DNA from: Clostridia bacterium
GTDB lineage: Bacteria; Bacillota; Clostridia; JAAYHZ01
Assembly (NCBI GenBank): GCA_050950825.1
Contig: JBMNIH010000008.1
Location: forward strand, 96,001-160,000
Reading direction: 5' to 3'
Length of the DNA: 64,000 bases
Below, piece after piece: positions 1-11,311 of this stretch. The translations under genes were made by a program, and so were the position numbers. The notes under the pieces were generated by a model. The model worked only from the letters and a program-made list of their open reading frames with translations, was not told the DNA's origin and did not search any database. Within the stretch, counting starts at the first letter, position 1; each line of letters begins with the position of its first letter.

Positions 1-2332
1 TATGCAAATCGGCTTTCGCTATCGGCATGGATACCAACGCGATTTTCAATACTTCATCCATGGTTCTTACCGATACGAATTTCAAATGCTCTTTAATATA
101 TGCGGAAATGTCGTGCAAATCGGGAACATTCTCCTCCGGAATGATAACCGTATCCACTCCGGCTCGGTGAGCCGCCATGGTTTTTTCTTTCAATCCGCCG
201 ATAGGCAGCACGTTTCCTCTCAAAGTCAATTCTCCCGTCATGGCTACATTGGACTTCACTTTAATTCCCGTTAACGCGGAAACGATGGCGGTACACAAGG
301 TAATACCCGCGGAGGGACCGTCCTTCGGAACCGCTCCTTCCGGAACATGAACGTGGATATCGCTGTTTTTATAGAAATCGGGATCGATTCCGTATTCGTT
401 GCTCTTGGTTCGAATGTAGCTGATGGCGATCTTTGCCGATTCCTTCATGACTTCGCCCAGGTTACCGGTCAATTCGATTCTTCCGGTGCCGGGCATGATA
501 TTCACTTCGATCAACAAGGTATCTCCTCCGACGGAGGTCCATGCCAAGCCTCTCGCTACACCCACGAGGCTGTCTTTTAATGTCTTGTCCACACGGTACT
601 TTTTGGGTCCCAAAAATTCTTCCGCATTTTTCAGACTAATGGTAAGGGATTTTTTATTGCCGGTCACCAAATACTTGGCGGCTTTTCTGCATAAGGATGC
701 AATTTCTCTTTCCAAATTACGGACACCGGCTTCACGGGTATAGTACTTAATGATGAGGTCTACCGCCTCATCCTTGATACGGAGCTTGCTTTTGTTCAAT
801 CCATGCAATTTCAACTGCTTGGGTATCAAGTATTTCACGGCGATATTCATTTTTTCGATATCCGTATACCCGGGTATGCGGATAACTTCCATGCGGTCCA
901 GCAAAGGTCGGGGTATGGTATCCAGCGTGTTTGCCGTGGTGATAAACATGATTTTGGATAAGTCAAAGGGAACTTCCAGATAATGATCGCGGAAAGCATA
1001 GTTTTGTTCCGTATCCAAAACCTCCAATAGCGCCGCGGCAGGGTCTCCCCTGAAATCACCGGCCAATTTATCAATCTCATCAAGTAAGATCAAAGCATTT
1101 TTCGATTCGGCTTGCTTCACGGCTTTGATAATTCTCCCGGGCATGGCACCGATATAGGTTCTTCTGTGTCCTCGAATTTCCGCTTCGTCTCGCACGCCGC
1201 CTAAGGACATGCGGACATACTTTCGGTTCATGGCGCGGGCAATGGATTTGGCAATGGAGGTCTTCCCTACTCCCGGAGGTCCTACCAAGCATAATACCGG
1301 GCTTTTTCCTTCTTTTTTCAAGGATTTTACCGCCAAAAACTCGATAATGCGTTCTTTTACTTGTTCCAATCCGTAATGATCTTCATTCAAAATGTTCTCT
1401 GCAATATGAATATCCAAGCGGTCCTTGGTTTCTTTATTCCAGGGCAAATCGAAGATCCATTCCAAATACGTACGGATTACGGTGGCTTCCGGAGACATGG
1501 ACTGCATTTTTCTTAAGCGGTTGATCTCTTTGAGAATTCTCTCGAATTCCGCTTCTTCAAAGTTCAGGTCCAAAAGCCTTTCCACATATTCATCGCATTC
1601 GGCAACGGTGCTGTCGCTCTCTCCCAATTCGTCGGAAATGACTTTGATTTGCTCTCTTAAATAGTATTCCCTTTGGGATCGCTCCATTTGCTGCTTGACA
1701 CGGCGATTGATGTCCTTTTCAATCTCCAGAATCTCCACTTCTTTTGTCAAATGCTTAATCAGCATGTTCATTCTCTTGTATACGTCCCGTTCGGCCAAAA
1801 AGGCTTGTTTTTCTTCCACCTTCATGTAAATGGCCGCCGAGATCATATCCGTTAAACGACCCATTTCTTTCGCTTCCAATACGGAAACGACGGATTCCGG
1901 AGACATTTTTCCCGAAAGCTTAACGACCTCCTCGAAGTTTTTGATAAGGCTTCTTCGTAAAGCTTCCACTTCTTCATTCATTTCCACGTCAACATCTTCC
2001 AATACTTCATATTGGGCAATGAAGTAAGGATCGGTCTGGGTAATCTTTACTATTTTAACGCGGCTAATTCCCTCTACCAATACGCGTATCGTTCCATCCG
2101 GCAGCTTTAAAAGCTGCTTTATTTTTGAGTAGCATCCCACATCATAAATATCGTCTTTTGTAGGCGATTCGATGGAAGCGTCCTTTTGCGCAACCAAAAG
2201 GATATGCTGATCGTTCACCATTGCATCTTCCAACGCTTTGATGGACATTTCTCTTCCTACATCAAAGTAGGGAATCATGTATGGAAATATAACGAGCCCC
2301 CTTAACGGTAACAGCGGTATATAATTTGTCAA
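1..2332 (-). CDS. lon: Lon ATP-dependent protease (3' end runs off window; start uncertain)
   Basis: Manual translation: N-terminal [13 protein letters not shown], Walker A GPPGVGKT (~1260-1282), catalytic PKDGPSAG (~305-328), LPIGGLKEK. Absent from the ORF track because there is no stop in the window. In-frame TTG at 2332; the SD-preceded ATG at 2351 is out of frame. Confidence 0.95.
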   Translation of the reverse strand, partial: MTNYIPLLPLRGLVIFPYMIPYFDVGREMSIKALEDAMVNDQHILLVAQKDASIESPTKDDIYDVGCYSKIKQLLKLPDGTIRVLVEGISRVKIVKITQTDPYFIAQYEVLEDVDVEMNEEVEALRRSLIKNFEEVVKLSGKMSPESVVSVLEAKEMGRLTDMISAAIYMKVEEKQAFLAERDVYKRMNMLIKHLTKEVEILEIEKDINRRVKQQMERSQREYYLREQIKVISDELGESDSTVAECDEYVERLLDLNFEEAEFERILKEINRLRKMQSMSPEATVIRTYLEWIFDLPWNKETKDRLDIHIAENILNEDHYGLEQVKERIIEFLAVKSLKKEGKSPVLCLVGPPGVGKTSIAKSIARAMNRKYVRMSLGGVRDEAEIRGHRRTYIGAMPGRIIKAVKQAESKNALILLDEIDKLAGDFRGDPAAALLEVLDTEQNYAFRDHYLEVPFDLSKIMFITTANTLDTIPRPLLDRMEVIRIPGYTDIEKMNIAVKYLIPKQLKLHGLNKSKLRIKDEAVDLIIKYYTREAGVRNLEREIASLCRKAAKYLVTGNKKSLTISLKNAEEFLGPKKYRVDKTLKDSLVGVARGLAWTSVGGDTLLIEVNIMPGTGRIELTGNLGEVMKESAKIAISYIRTKSNEYGIDPDFYKNSDIHVHVPEGAVPKDGPSAGITLCTAIVSALTGIKVKSNVAMTGELTLRGNVLPIGGLKEKTMAAHRAGVDTVIIPEENVPDLHDISAYIKEHLKFVSVRTMDEVLKIALVSMPIAKADLH

Positions 2333-2494
2333 ATTCTGTTTCTGTATTCATAGTATTACCTCACAAAATTCTCTTTACGCTATAAAATGTAACATCATTA
2401 TATACACAAATAGCCGTTTTATCAAATGTAATAATCACCAACGTAAAAGGTAGAGAATCCGGTCGTATTTTCCACGTATCCTTTTCGAGCCGTT

Positions 2495-2524
2495 AAAAAA
2501 AGGGCTGCCGCCTTCGGCAACCCG
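2495..2524 (-). terminator. Rho-independent terminator after tuf
   Basis: Minus strand GGGTTGCCG-AAGG-CGGCAGCCC followed by T7. Confidence 0.85.
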
Positions 2525-2539
2525 GTTTTTCATGAATCA

Positions 2540-3742
2540 TTATTTAATCAGCTTCGAAACGGTACCTGCTCCGACGGTTCTTCCGCCTTCACGAATAGCG
2601 AATCTCAAACCTAAGTCCATAGCGATGGGAGTGATCAGTTTAATGGACATGGTAATGTGGTCGCCGGGGATACACATTTCAACGCCTTCCGGAAGTTGAA
2701 TAACACCGGTAACGTCCGTGGTTCTGAAGTAGAACTGAGGTCTGTAACCGCTGAAGAACGGATTTTGTCTTCCGCCTTCTTCCTTGGTCAATACGTAAAC
2801 TTGACCTTCGAATTCAGTGTACGGTGTAATGGTTCCGGGAGCTGCCAATACTTGTCCTCTTTCGATTTCGTTTCTTTGGATACCTCTGAGCAAGCATCCT
2901 ACGTTGTCACCTGCTTGAGCAAGGTCGAGAATCTTTCTGAACATTTCAACACCGGTTACAACGGTCTTCTTGGTTTCTCTGATACCAACGATTTCAACGG
3001 CTTCACCGACTTTAATGGTTCCGCGTTCTACTCTACCTGTAGCAACGGTTCCACGTCCGGTAATGGTGAATACGTCTTCTACCGGCATCAAGAAGGGTTG
3101 ATCTACTGCACGGTCCGGTTGCGGAATGTAGTTGTCAACTTCTTCCATTAATTTTAAAATGGGAGCATATTCGGGAGCGTTAGGATCCTTGGAATCGGAT
3201 TCAAGAGCTTGTAATGCAGATCCTCTAACGATGGGAATTTCGTCTCCGGGGAAATCGTATTCGGATAACAGTTCTCTTAATTCCATTTCAACCAATTCTA
3301 ACAATTCTTCGTCGTCAACTTGGTCTACCTTGTTCAAGAAAACAACGATGTTCGGAACACCTACCTGACGTGCAAGAAGGATGTGTTCTCTCGTCTGCGG
3401 CATGGGACCGTCAGCTGCGGATACAACAAGGATAGCTCCGTCCATCTGAGCAGCACCGGTAATCATGTTCTTAACATAGTCCGCGTGTCCCGGGCAGTCC
3501 ACGTGAGCGTAGTGTCTATTTTCCGTTTCATACTCAACGTGAGATGTATTGATGGTGATTCCTCTTTCCTTCTCTTCAGGAGCCTTGTCGATCTGGTCAT
3601 ATGCCTTAAATTCAATCTTGCTGTTACTCATAGCCAGTACTTTTGTTATAGCTGCTGTAAGAGTAGTTTTTCCATGGTCAACGTGTCCAATGGTTCCGAT
3701 GTTGCAATGGGGTTTGGTCCTTTCAAATTTAGCTTTTGCCAT
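2540..3742 (-). CDS. tuf: Elongation factor Tu
   Basis: [12 protein letters not shown] start behind SD AGGAGGAG; [21 protein letters not shown] motifs. Confidence 0.99.
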   Translation of the reverse strand: MAKAKFERTKPHCNIGTIGHVDHGKTTLTAAITKVLAMSNSKIEFKAYDQIDKAPEEKERGITINTSHVEYETENRHYAHVDCPGHADYVKNMITGAAQMDGAILVVSAADGPMPQTREHILLARQVGVPNIVVFLNKVDQVDDEELLELVEMELRELLSEYDFPGDEIPIVRGSALQALESDSKDPNAPEYAPILKLMEEVDNYIPQPDRAVDQPFLMPVEDVFTITGRGTVATGRVERGTIKVGEAVEIVGIRETKKTVVTGVEMFRKILDLAQAGDNVGCLLRGIQRNEIERGQVLAAPGTITPYTEFEGQVYVLTKEEGGRQNPFFSGYRPQFYFRTTDVTGVIQLPEGVEMCIPGDHITMSIKLITPIAMDLGLRFAIREGGRTVGAGTVSKLIK

Positions 3743-3925
3743 TTTGAAATTCTCCTCCTTCACTAATAATTACTTACTATATTTTTTGTTTTGTAGTTGT
3801 AATAAGCCGATTTATACTCAAGCCAATTACGCCTTACAAGCTTCTTATAAGACCAATTTTTGATCATTGTTTATATTACATCATTTTATACTGTCAAACA
3901 ACTTATTTCAACCATTATTTCTAAA

Positions 3926-5989
3926 TTATTTTGACAGATTATTTAACAAACTATCCGGTACTTGCTCGTAATGGGAAAATTGCATAGTAAATACGCCGCG
4001 TCCCTGTGTCTTTGAACGTAAAATTGTCGCATAGCCGAACATTTCGGCCAAAGGCACTTTTGCAGTAATGGTTTGGGCATTGTTCTGGGCGGACATACCG
4101 TCAATCTTGCCTCTTCTTGAGCTCATATCTCCGATGACATCACCCATGTATTCTTCCGGAACGACAATATCCACTCTCATAACAGGTTCCATCAATACCG
4201 GGTCCGCTTTCTTACAAGCTTCTTTAAATGCCATGGATCCTGCAATTTTAAACGCCAATTCCGATGAATCCACTTCATGATAGGATCCGTCGAGCAGCGT
4301 AACTTTTACGTCCAGCACCTGATATCCGGCTAAAACACCGGAATTCATTGCATCCTTAATACCGGCTTCGATCGGTGCAATGTATTCTTTCGGAATGACA
4401 CCGCCAACGATCTTGTTTTCAAATACAAATCCCTTACCCGCTTGCAGCGGTTCGATCTCGACGACACAGTGTCCGTATTGGCCCCGTCCTCCGGTTTGCC
4501 TTATGAACTTACCTTCGCCGACGGCTTTTTTAGTAATGGTTTCTTTATAGGAAACCTGAGGCTTTCCTACATTGGCTTCCACGTTAAACTCCCTCAGCAA
4601 ACGGTTAACGATGATTTCAAGATACAGTTCTCCCATACCTGCAATCAAAGTCTGCCCGGTTTCCTCGTTTGTAATCGTTCGGAAGGTAGGATCTTCCTCT
4701 CCTAATTTTGCAAGAGCCGACATCATCTTATCCTGCATAGCCTTCGTCTTCGGTTCGATGGCAATTTGAATAACCGGTTCGGGGAATTCGATCGCTTCCA
4801 ATACGATGGGTTCATCCTCGGAGCACAACGTATCCCCGGTGGTGGTAAATTTCAAACCGACAGCCGCAGCGATGTCACCGGCATAAACCGCCGGGATCTC
4901 TTCTCGATGATTGGCATGCATTTGCAGAATTCGTCCGACCCGTTCCTTTCTTCCTCTTACCGAGTTGTATACATAGGAACCGGCTTCCAGTTTACCTGAG
5001 TAAACTCGGAAAAAGCACAGTTTTCCTACGAAAGGATCGGTCATAATTTTAAACGCCAGTGCACAGAACTTCTCGTTGTCGTCGGCGGCTCTTTCTATGA
5101 CCTCGTCGCTGTCAAGCTTCTTCCCCTTAACGTTAGGAATATCTAAGGGCGACGGCAAATAGTCCACGATCGCATCCAACAGTTTTTGTACACCTTTGTT
5201 CTTATAGGATGATCCGCAAAGCACGGGAATAATGCTCACGTTGATAGTGGCCACCCGAAGACCTTTTTTAATTTGTTCCACGGATAATTCTCCGCCTCCG
5301 CAATAAATCTCCATTAAGTCTTCGTCGTTTTCGACAACCGACTCTAAGAGTTTTTCACGAAAAGCCAAAGCGGATTCCATGTATTCTTCAGGCACATCCC
5401 GTTCTTCAATATCCACACCCAGCTCATCTTTATAGAAAAACGCTCTCATGGTGATCAAATCGATGATTCCTTTAAATTCGCTTTCCTTGCCGATCGGCAG
5501 CTGAATAGGAACCGGATTGGCACCAAGGCGCTCCTTCATCATTTTGACACAACGTAAAAAATCCGCCCCCACGATATCCATTTTATTGATATAGGCTATG
5601 CGGGGTACACCGTATTTGTCCGCTTGTCTCCAAACTGTTTCCGTCTGCGGTTCAACCCCGCCTTTTGCACAAAAAACGGTTACCGCACCATCGAGAACTC
5701 GAAGAGAACGCTCTACTTCAACAGTAAAGTCAACGTGTCCCGGCGTATCTATAATGTTGATTCTTTTACCCTTCCAAAATGACGTCGTCGATGCCGAGCT
5801 AATGGTAATTCCGCGCTCTTGCTCCTGAACCATAAAGTCCATGGTAGCGGATCCCTCATGTACCTCTCCCATTTTACGTACTTTTCCCGTATAGTACAGA
5901 ATACGTTCGGTGGTAGTGGTCTTTCCGGCATCGATATGGGCCATGATACCTATATTTCTCGTATCGGCCAGCGAGTACATTCGAGACAT
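3926..5989 (-). CDS. fusA: Elongation factor G
   Basis: [33 protein letters not shown]; position in str operon. Confidence 0.98.
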   Translation of the reverse strand: MSRMYSLADTRNIGIMAHIDAGKTTTTERILYYTGKVRKMGEVHEGSATMDFMVQEQERGITISSASTTSFWKGKRINIIDTPGHVDFTVEVERSLRVLDGAVTVFCAKGGVEPQTETVWRQADKYGVPRIAYINKMDIVGADFLRCVKMMKERLGANPVPIQLPIGKESEFKGIIDLITMRAFFYKDELGVDIEERDVPEEYMESALAFREKLLESVVENDEDLMEIYCGGGELSVEQIKKGLRVATINVSIIPVLCGSSYKNKGVQKLLDAIVDYLPSPLDIPNVKGKKLDSDEVIERAADDNEKFCALAFKIMTDPFVGKLCFFRVYSGKLEAGSYVYNSVRGRKERVGRILQMHANHREEIPAVYAGDIAAAVGLKFTTTGDTLCSEDEPIVLEAIEFPEPVIQIAIEPKTKAMQDKMMSALAKLGEEDPTFRTITNEETGQTLIAGMGELYLEIIVNRLLREFNVEANVGKPQVSYKETITKKAVGEGKFIRQTGGRGQYGHCVVEIEPLQAGKGFVFENKIVGGVIPKEYIAPIEAGIKDAMNSGVLAGYQVLDVKVTLLDGSYHEVDSSELAFKIAGSMAFKEACKKADPVLMEPVMRVDIVVPEEYMGDVIGDMSSRRGKIDGMSAQNNAQTITAKVPLAEMFGYATILRSKTQGRGVFTMQFSHYEQVPDSLLNNLSK

Positions 5990-6139
5990 CGTTCATCCTC
6001 CTTTCATTCTGTAGTACAAATCATTTCAAATAAAAAATGCACGATTCTCCAAACTCTTTCTCTGTATCTACAATAGATGCGGAAAATACACTTCCCGCAT
6101 CTTCTGTATATAACCTTAATATATTCTTTCCTTGTAGCT

Positions 6140-6610
6140 TTACCATCTGTAATGAGCAAACGCTTTGTTTGCTTCGGCCATCTTGTGGGTGTCTTCCTTC
6201 TTCCTGACGGCTCCGCCGGTGTTGTTCAAAGCATCCATCAATTCCCCGGCTAAACGTAAGCTCATGGTGCGCTCACCGCGCTGTCTGGCATATAATACAA
6301 GCCATCTTAAGCCTAACGCTTGCCTACGTTCGGGTCTGACTTCCACCGGTACTTGGTAGGTAGCGCCCCCTACTCTTCTGGACTTAACTTCCAGAACGGG
6401 CATGATGTTTTCCAAAGCCTGACGAAATACATCCAAAGCGTCTTTTCCGGTTTTTTCACTGACGATCCGGAATGCTTCGTAGCAAATCTTCTGGGCTGTT
6501 CCTTTTTTACCGTCTAACATGATATTATTGATTAACTTCGTAACCACAACATCGTTGTAAATAGGGTCGGGTAAGACTTCCCTTTTGGCTACATGTCCTT
6601 TTCTAGGCAC
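6140..6610 (-). CDS. rpsG: 30S ribosomal protein S7
   Basis: GTG start (VPRKGH) after SD AAGGAGGG; [26 protein letters not shown]. Confidence 0.98.
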   Translation of the reverse strand: MPRKGHVAKREVLPDPIYNDVVVTKLINNIMLDGKKGTAQKICYEAFRIVSEKTGKDALDVFRQALENIMPVLEVKSRRVGGATYQVPVEVRPERRQALGLRWLVLYARQRGERTMSLRLAGELMDALNNTGGAVRKKEDTHKMAEANKAFAHYRW

Positions 6611-6659
6611 TTGACTTCCCTCCTTCTGCATTATTGATACATAACGTATCGCGTAGATT

Positions 6660-6750
6660 TCATCGGTACTCGCAGCTTCTGGCAGACTGCGTAAAGTGCA
6701 GCTAATATATTCATTCTATATAAATATATATAAATATATTCTCAGCACCT
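6660..6750 (-). promoter_or_regulatory. Structured rpsL-rpsG intergenic leader, candidate S7 autoregulatory element
   Basis: Two hairpins (CGCAG/CTGCG; GTGC..AATATATT/AATATATT..GCAC) in a ~170-nt spacer. S7 is known to regulate via this spacer in E. coli; function here is inferred. Confidence 0.35.
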
Positions 6751-6784
6751 TTGATACACAAACAAACAGGTGTTAACACCGTGA

Positions 6785-7198
<414 letters not shown>

Positions 7199-7315
7199 AA
7201 TATAGTCCTCCTCTCAAATTGATATTATTACTTTTATTGCTTTTGATTATGCAAGCCTTCCGTTTGAATAAAACAGCCGGTTTCCAACCAAAATGCAGAT
7301 TTTAAGCACCATAAC

Positions 7316-7345
7316 ATTTTATCACCGGCATTTTGGATTTGTCAA
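7316..7345 (-). promoter_or_regulatory. sigmaA promoter of str operon
   Basis: TTGACA-18 nt-TAAAAT with TG extended -10, just downstream of the rpoC terminator. Confidence 0.7.
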
Positions 7346-7361
7346 CAAAAATTTCACAATC

Positions 7362-7391
7362 AAAAGAGCTCACTCGGAAGTGAGCTCTTTT
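7362..7391. terminator. Terminator after rpoC (symmetrical)
   Basis: AAAAGAGCTCACT-CGGA-AGTGAGCTCTTTT perfect hairpin. Confidence 0.85.
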
Positions 7392-7423
7392 GACATCCGA
7401 TTCTTTCTATTTACGGATTCCGA

Positions 7424-10400
7424 TTAAAACTCGTCGTCTTCGTCCGAAAAATCGTCATCGGACAAATCGTACTCGTCGTCATCCTCAAAGCCCAAGTCCA
7501 AATCCAAATTGCTGTCAAGGGACAAATCCTCGTCTTCATCGAGGAGCAAATCAAAATCTTGATCCGACGACTCGTCGATATCCTCTTCCTCGTCGTCCAA
7601 ATCGTAGTCTTCGTCCACCAAATCTTCCGTATCTTCGTCTTCCTGTACAAAGTACGTTTTCTTGCCGGTTTTTTCGCCGCCGTCCAAAGCGTAGTCGTCC
7701 AAGAAGCTTTGGCTGCTTTGCTTTAACGCTTCTTTGTAGGCTTTTTCATCGATCGGTATAATCTGTTCGGTCTTTCCTTCGTAGTCGATATCGATTTCCT
7801 TATACCGCTTCATACCGGTACCTGCCGGGATGAGCTTACCGATAATGACGTTTTCCTTCAAGCCTACCAGAGGATCTACCTTGCCTTTGATGGCCGCGTC
7901 GGTCAGCACACGGGTGGTTTCTTGGAAGGATGCGGCGGACAGGAAGGAATCCATTGCCAAGGATGCCTTTGTAATACCCAAAAGCACTCTCGATCCCGTT
8001 GCCGGCTCCAAGCCCTTGCTTTCCATCAGCTTGTTCTGATCCCAGAACTCGAATATATCCACCAAGCTTCCCGGGAGCATATCGGTGTCTCCGGGATTTT
8101 CCACTTTCACTTTTCTCATCATCTGACGAACAATTACTTCGATATGTTTGTCATTGATGTCAACGCCCTGCAGTCTGTAAACCTTTTGGACTTCATGAGC
8201 CAAATACTCCTGAACTCCGCGAGCGCCCTTGATTTTCAATATATCATGGGGATTTACCGAACCTTCGGTAATTTCGTCACCGGCTTCTATCCAATCGCCG
8301 TCCGACACTTTCAGACGGGATCCGTAAGGAATGGAATAGCTCCTGCTGTCTCCTTCGGGATTGGTAACGATGACATCCCTCTTTTTCTTCGTTTCATGAA
8401 TTTCCACACGACCGGCTATTTCACTTACGATAGCCAAGCCCTTCGGTTTGCGTGCTTCAAACAACTCTTCCACACGAGGCAAACCTTGTGTAATGTCGCT
8501 TCCCGCAACACCGCCGGTATGGAAGGTACGCATGGTCAGCTGGGTACCCGGCTCGCCGATGGATTGGGCGGCGATGATACCTACCGCTTCCCCGATATCG
8601 ACTTCCGTAGCGGTGGCCAAGTTGATACCGTAGCATCTTGCGCAAACGCCGTGGCGCGTATTGCAGGTGAGTACCGAACGCACCAAGACCTTGCTGATGC
8701 CGGCCTTTTTAATTCTATCGGCATCTTGGTCGGAGATCATAACTCCTTTTTTAACGAGGACTTCTCCGGTTTCGGGATGAACCACGTCTTTGGCGGTGAA
8801 TCTTCCTACAATACGTTCTTCCAAAGATTCGATCACTTCTTTCCCGTCCATAATGGCCTTGACTTCAATGCCGTCTTCGCTGCCGCAATCCTTCTCGGTC
8901 ACAATAACGTCCTGGCTGACGTCCACCAAGCGGCGGGTCAAATAACCGGAGTCCGCCGTTCTTAAGGCCGTATCCGCCAAACCTTTTCTTGCACCGTGGC
9001 TGGAAATGAAGAATTCCAAAACGTTCAAGCCTTCACGGAAGCTGGACCGGATGGGGATTTCCACGGTTTTACCGGTGGTGTCGCTCATCAATCCGCGCAT
9101 AGCCGCAAGCTGCTTGATCTGCTTAACCTGACCTCTTGCTCCCGATGTGGACATCATGTACAAGGGATTGAATCGGCCTAAGTTTTCCATCAAAGCTTCC
9201 GTCAATGTGTCGTTGGTTCGGGTCCAGATATCGATAACCGATTTGTAGCGTTCTTCTTCGGAAATCAGACCGCGCTTAAATTGTCTTCCCACTTTGTCGA
9301 TCTCCGCTTCCGCTTGGGCCAACAAATCCTTCTTAATTGCGGGAATTTCCATATCGGTAATACCGATGGTAATGGCACCGCGGGTAGAGTACTTAAAGCC
9401 CAATTCCTTGATGCCGTCCAAAACCTCCGCCGTTTTAGCAATTCCGTGCTTTTTGATGCATCTTTCCACAATGGAGCTTAATTCCTTCTTACCGACGACA
9501 AACTGCACTTCCGGCTCAAACATTTTATCCGGATTGGTACGATCCACAAAGCCTAAATCCTGAGGTATGATCTCGTTGAAAATAATTCTTCCTGCCGTCG
9601 TCTCGATTAATTTATGCTTCTGAACTCCGTCCACCGTTCTTGTCATTCGAACTCTGACCTTCGTGTGGAGAGAGATGATACGCTCGTTATATGCATACAT
9701 CATTTCCGTTGTTGACGAAAATGCTTTACCTTCGTTCGGTTCCCCTTCTTTTACAATGGTCAGGTAGTAGCTACCTAAAATCATGTCCTGAGAAGGAACC
9801 GCTATGGGTTTTCCGTCCTTCGGTGCCAACAAGTTGTTCGCGGACAGCATTAAGAAACGGGCTTCCGCTTGGGCTTCCGCGGACAATGGTACGTGAACCG
9901 CCATTTGGTCGCCGTCAAAGTCCGCATTGTACGCCGTACAAACCAAAGGATGCAGCTTTATAGCTCTACCTTCTACCAGTACCGGTTCGAAGGCTTGGAT
10001 ACCTAAGCGGTGCAGCGTAGGAGCACGGTTCAGCAATACGGGATGTTCTTTGATGACTTCTTCCAAAACGTCCCATACTTCGTCTCGTACACGCTCTACC
10101 ATCCTTTTGGCATTCTTAATATTGTGAGCCGGTCCGTCTTGAACCAAGCGCTTCATAACGAAGGGTTTGAAAAGCTCCAACGCCATTTCCTTGGGCAAAC
10201 CGCATTGGTAAATCTTAAGCTCCGGACCTACCACGATAACCGAACGGCCGGAATAGTCTACACGTTTACCCAACAGGTTCTGACGGAAACGACCTTGCTT
10301 TCCTTTCAGCATATCGGACAAGGATTTCAACGGTCGGTTGCCGGGTCCCGTCACCGGTCTGCCGCGGCGGCCGTTATTAATCAAAGCGTCCACCGCTTCT

Positions 10401-11266
10401 TGAAGCATTCTTTTTTCGTTGCGTACGATAATGGAAGGCGCACCTAAATCCAATAGCTTCTTTAAGCGATTGTTACGGTTGATTACTCTTCGATACAAAT
10501 CGTTTAAATCGGAGGTAGCAAACCGTCCCCCGTCCAATTGAACCATAGGTCTCAATTCGGGCGGGATAACCGGGATGACATCCAAAACCATCCATTCCGG
10601 TCTGTTCCCGGATTTACGGAAGGCTTCCACCACCTCCAGCCTTTTGATCACACGGATCTTCTTTTGGCCGGTGGAGTTCCTTAAGGCTTCACGAAGCTCC
10701 GCCGCTTCCTTATCCAAATCGATGGATTCCAAAAGCTCCTTAACGGCTTCGGCACCCATGCCTACGCGGAATACATCGCCGAACTTTTCCAAGCTTTCTC
10801 TGTATTCTCTTTCGGTAAGCACTTGCTTTTTCATCAACAACGTAGGGCCCGGGTCCAAAACAACGTAAGCCGCAAAGTACAATACCTTTTCCAAGGCTCT
10901 CGGGGACATATCCAAAATCAAGCCCATTCGGCTGGGGATTCCCCTGAAATACCAAATATGTGAAACGGGTGCCGCCAATTCGATATGGCCCATCCGTTCT
11001 CTTCGTACATCGGAACGGGTGACTTCAACACCGCATCGATCGCAAACAATCCCTTTATACCGTATTCTTTTATATTTACCGCAATGACACTCCCAGTTCT
11101 TTGTCGGTCCAAAAATTCTTTCGCAGAACAAACCGTCTCTTTCCGGTTTTAATGTTCTGTAGTTTATCGTTTCCGGCTTTTTCACTTCGCCTCTTGACCA
11201 CTCACGGATCTTTTCCGGTGAAGCAAGGCCTATTCTAATTCTGTCAAAATTATTGAATTCTTGCAC
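7424..11266 (-). CDS. rpoC: RNA polymerase beta' subunit
   Basis: NADFDGD catalytic motif, N-terminal Zn finger (CHCGKY..CDRC), [13 protein letters not shown]; acidic C-terminal extension. Confidence 0.99.
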   Translation of the reverse strand: MQEFNNFDRIRIGLASPEKIREWSRGEVKKPETINYRTLKPERDGLFCERIFGPTKNWECHCGKYKRIRYKGIVCDRCGVEVTRSDVRRERMGHIELAAPVSHIWYFRGIPSRMGLILDMSPRALEKVLYFAAYVVLDPGPTLLMKKQVLTEREYRESLEKFGDVFRVGMGAEAVKELLESIDLDKEAAELREALRNSTGQKKIRVIKRLEVVEAFRKSGNRPEWMVLDVIPVIPPELRPMVQLDGGRFATSDLNDLYRRVINRNNRLKKLLDLGAPSIIVRNEKRMLQEAVDALINNGRRGRPVTGPGNRPLKSLSDMLKGKQGRFRQNLLGKRVDYSGRSVIVVGPELKIYQCGLPKEMALELFKPFVMKRLVQDGPAHNIKNAKRMVERVRDEVWDVLEEVIKEHPVLLNRAPTLHRLGIQAFEPVLVEGRAIKLHPLVCTAYNADFDGDQMAVHVPLSAEAQAEARFLMLSANNLLAPKDGKPIAVPSQDMILGSYYLTIVKEGEPNEGKAFSSTTEMMYAYNERIISLHTKVRVRMTRTVDGVQKHKLIETTAGRIIFNEIIPQDLGFVDRTNPDKMFEPEVQFVVGKKELSSIVERCIKKHGIAKTAEVLDGIKELGFKYSTRGAITIGITDMEIPAIKKDLLAQAEAEIDKVGRQFKRGLISEEERYKSVIDIWTRTNDTLTEALMENLGRFNPLYMMSTSGARGQVKQIKQLAAMRGLMSDTTGKTVEIPIRSSFREGLNVLEFFISSHGARKGLADTALRTADSGYLTRRLVDVSQDVIVTEKDCGSEDGIEVKAIMDGKEVIESLEERIVGRFTAKDVVHPETGEVLVKKGVMISDQDADRIKKAGISKVLVRSVLTCNTRHGVCARCYGINLATATEVDIGEAVGIIAAQSIGEPGTQLTMRTFHTGGVAGSDITQGLPRVEELFEARKPKGLAIVSEIAGRVEIHETKKKRDVIVTNPEGDSRSYSIPYGSRLKVSDGDWIEAGDEITEGSVNPHDILKIKGARGVQEYLAHEVQKVYRLQGVDINDKHIEVIVRQMMRKVKVENPGDTDMLPGSLVDIFEFWDQNKLMESKGLEPATGSRVLLGITKASLAMDSFLSAASFQETTRVLTDAAIKGKVDPLVGLKENVIIGKLIPAGTGMKRYKEIDIDYEGKTEQIIPIDEKAYKEALKQSSQSFLDDYALDGGEKTGKKTYFVQEDEDTEDLVDEDYDLDDEEEDIDESSDQDFDLLLDEDEDLSLDSNLDLDLGFEDDDEYDLSDDDFSDEDDEF

Positions 11267-11311
11267 TTTAGGTTACTCCCTTCCGCATGGTTTTGCAGTC
11301 AAGCGACATGT

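Noticed and set aside
7922-8965. 347-aa plus-strand ORF opposite rpoC, and similar antisense ORFs over tuf, rpoB and A2M
   Set aside because: Shadow frames of strongly codon-biased genes; no SD and no motifs.
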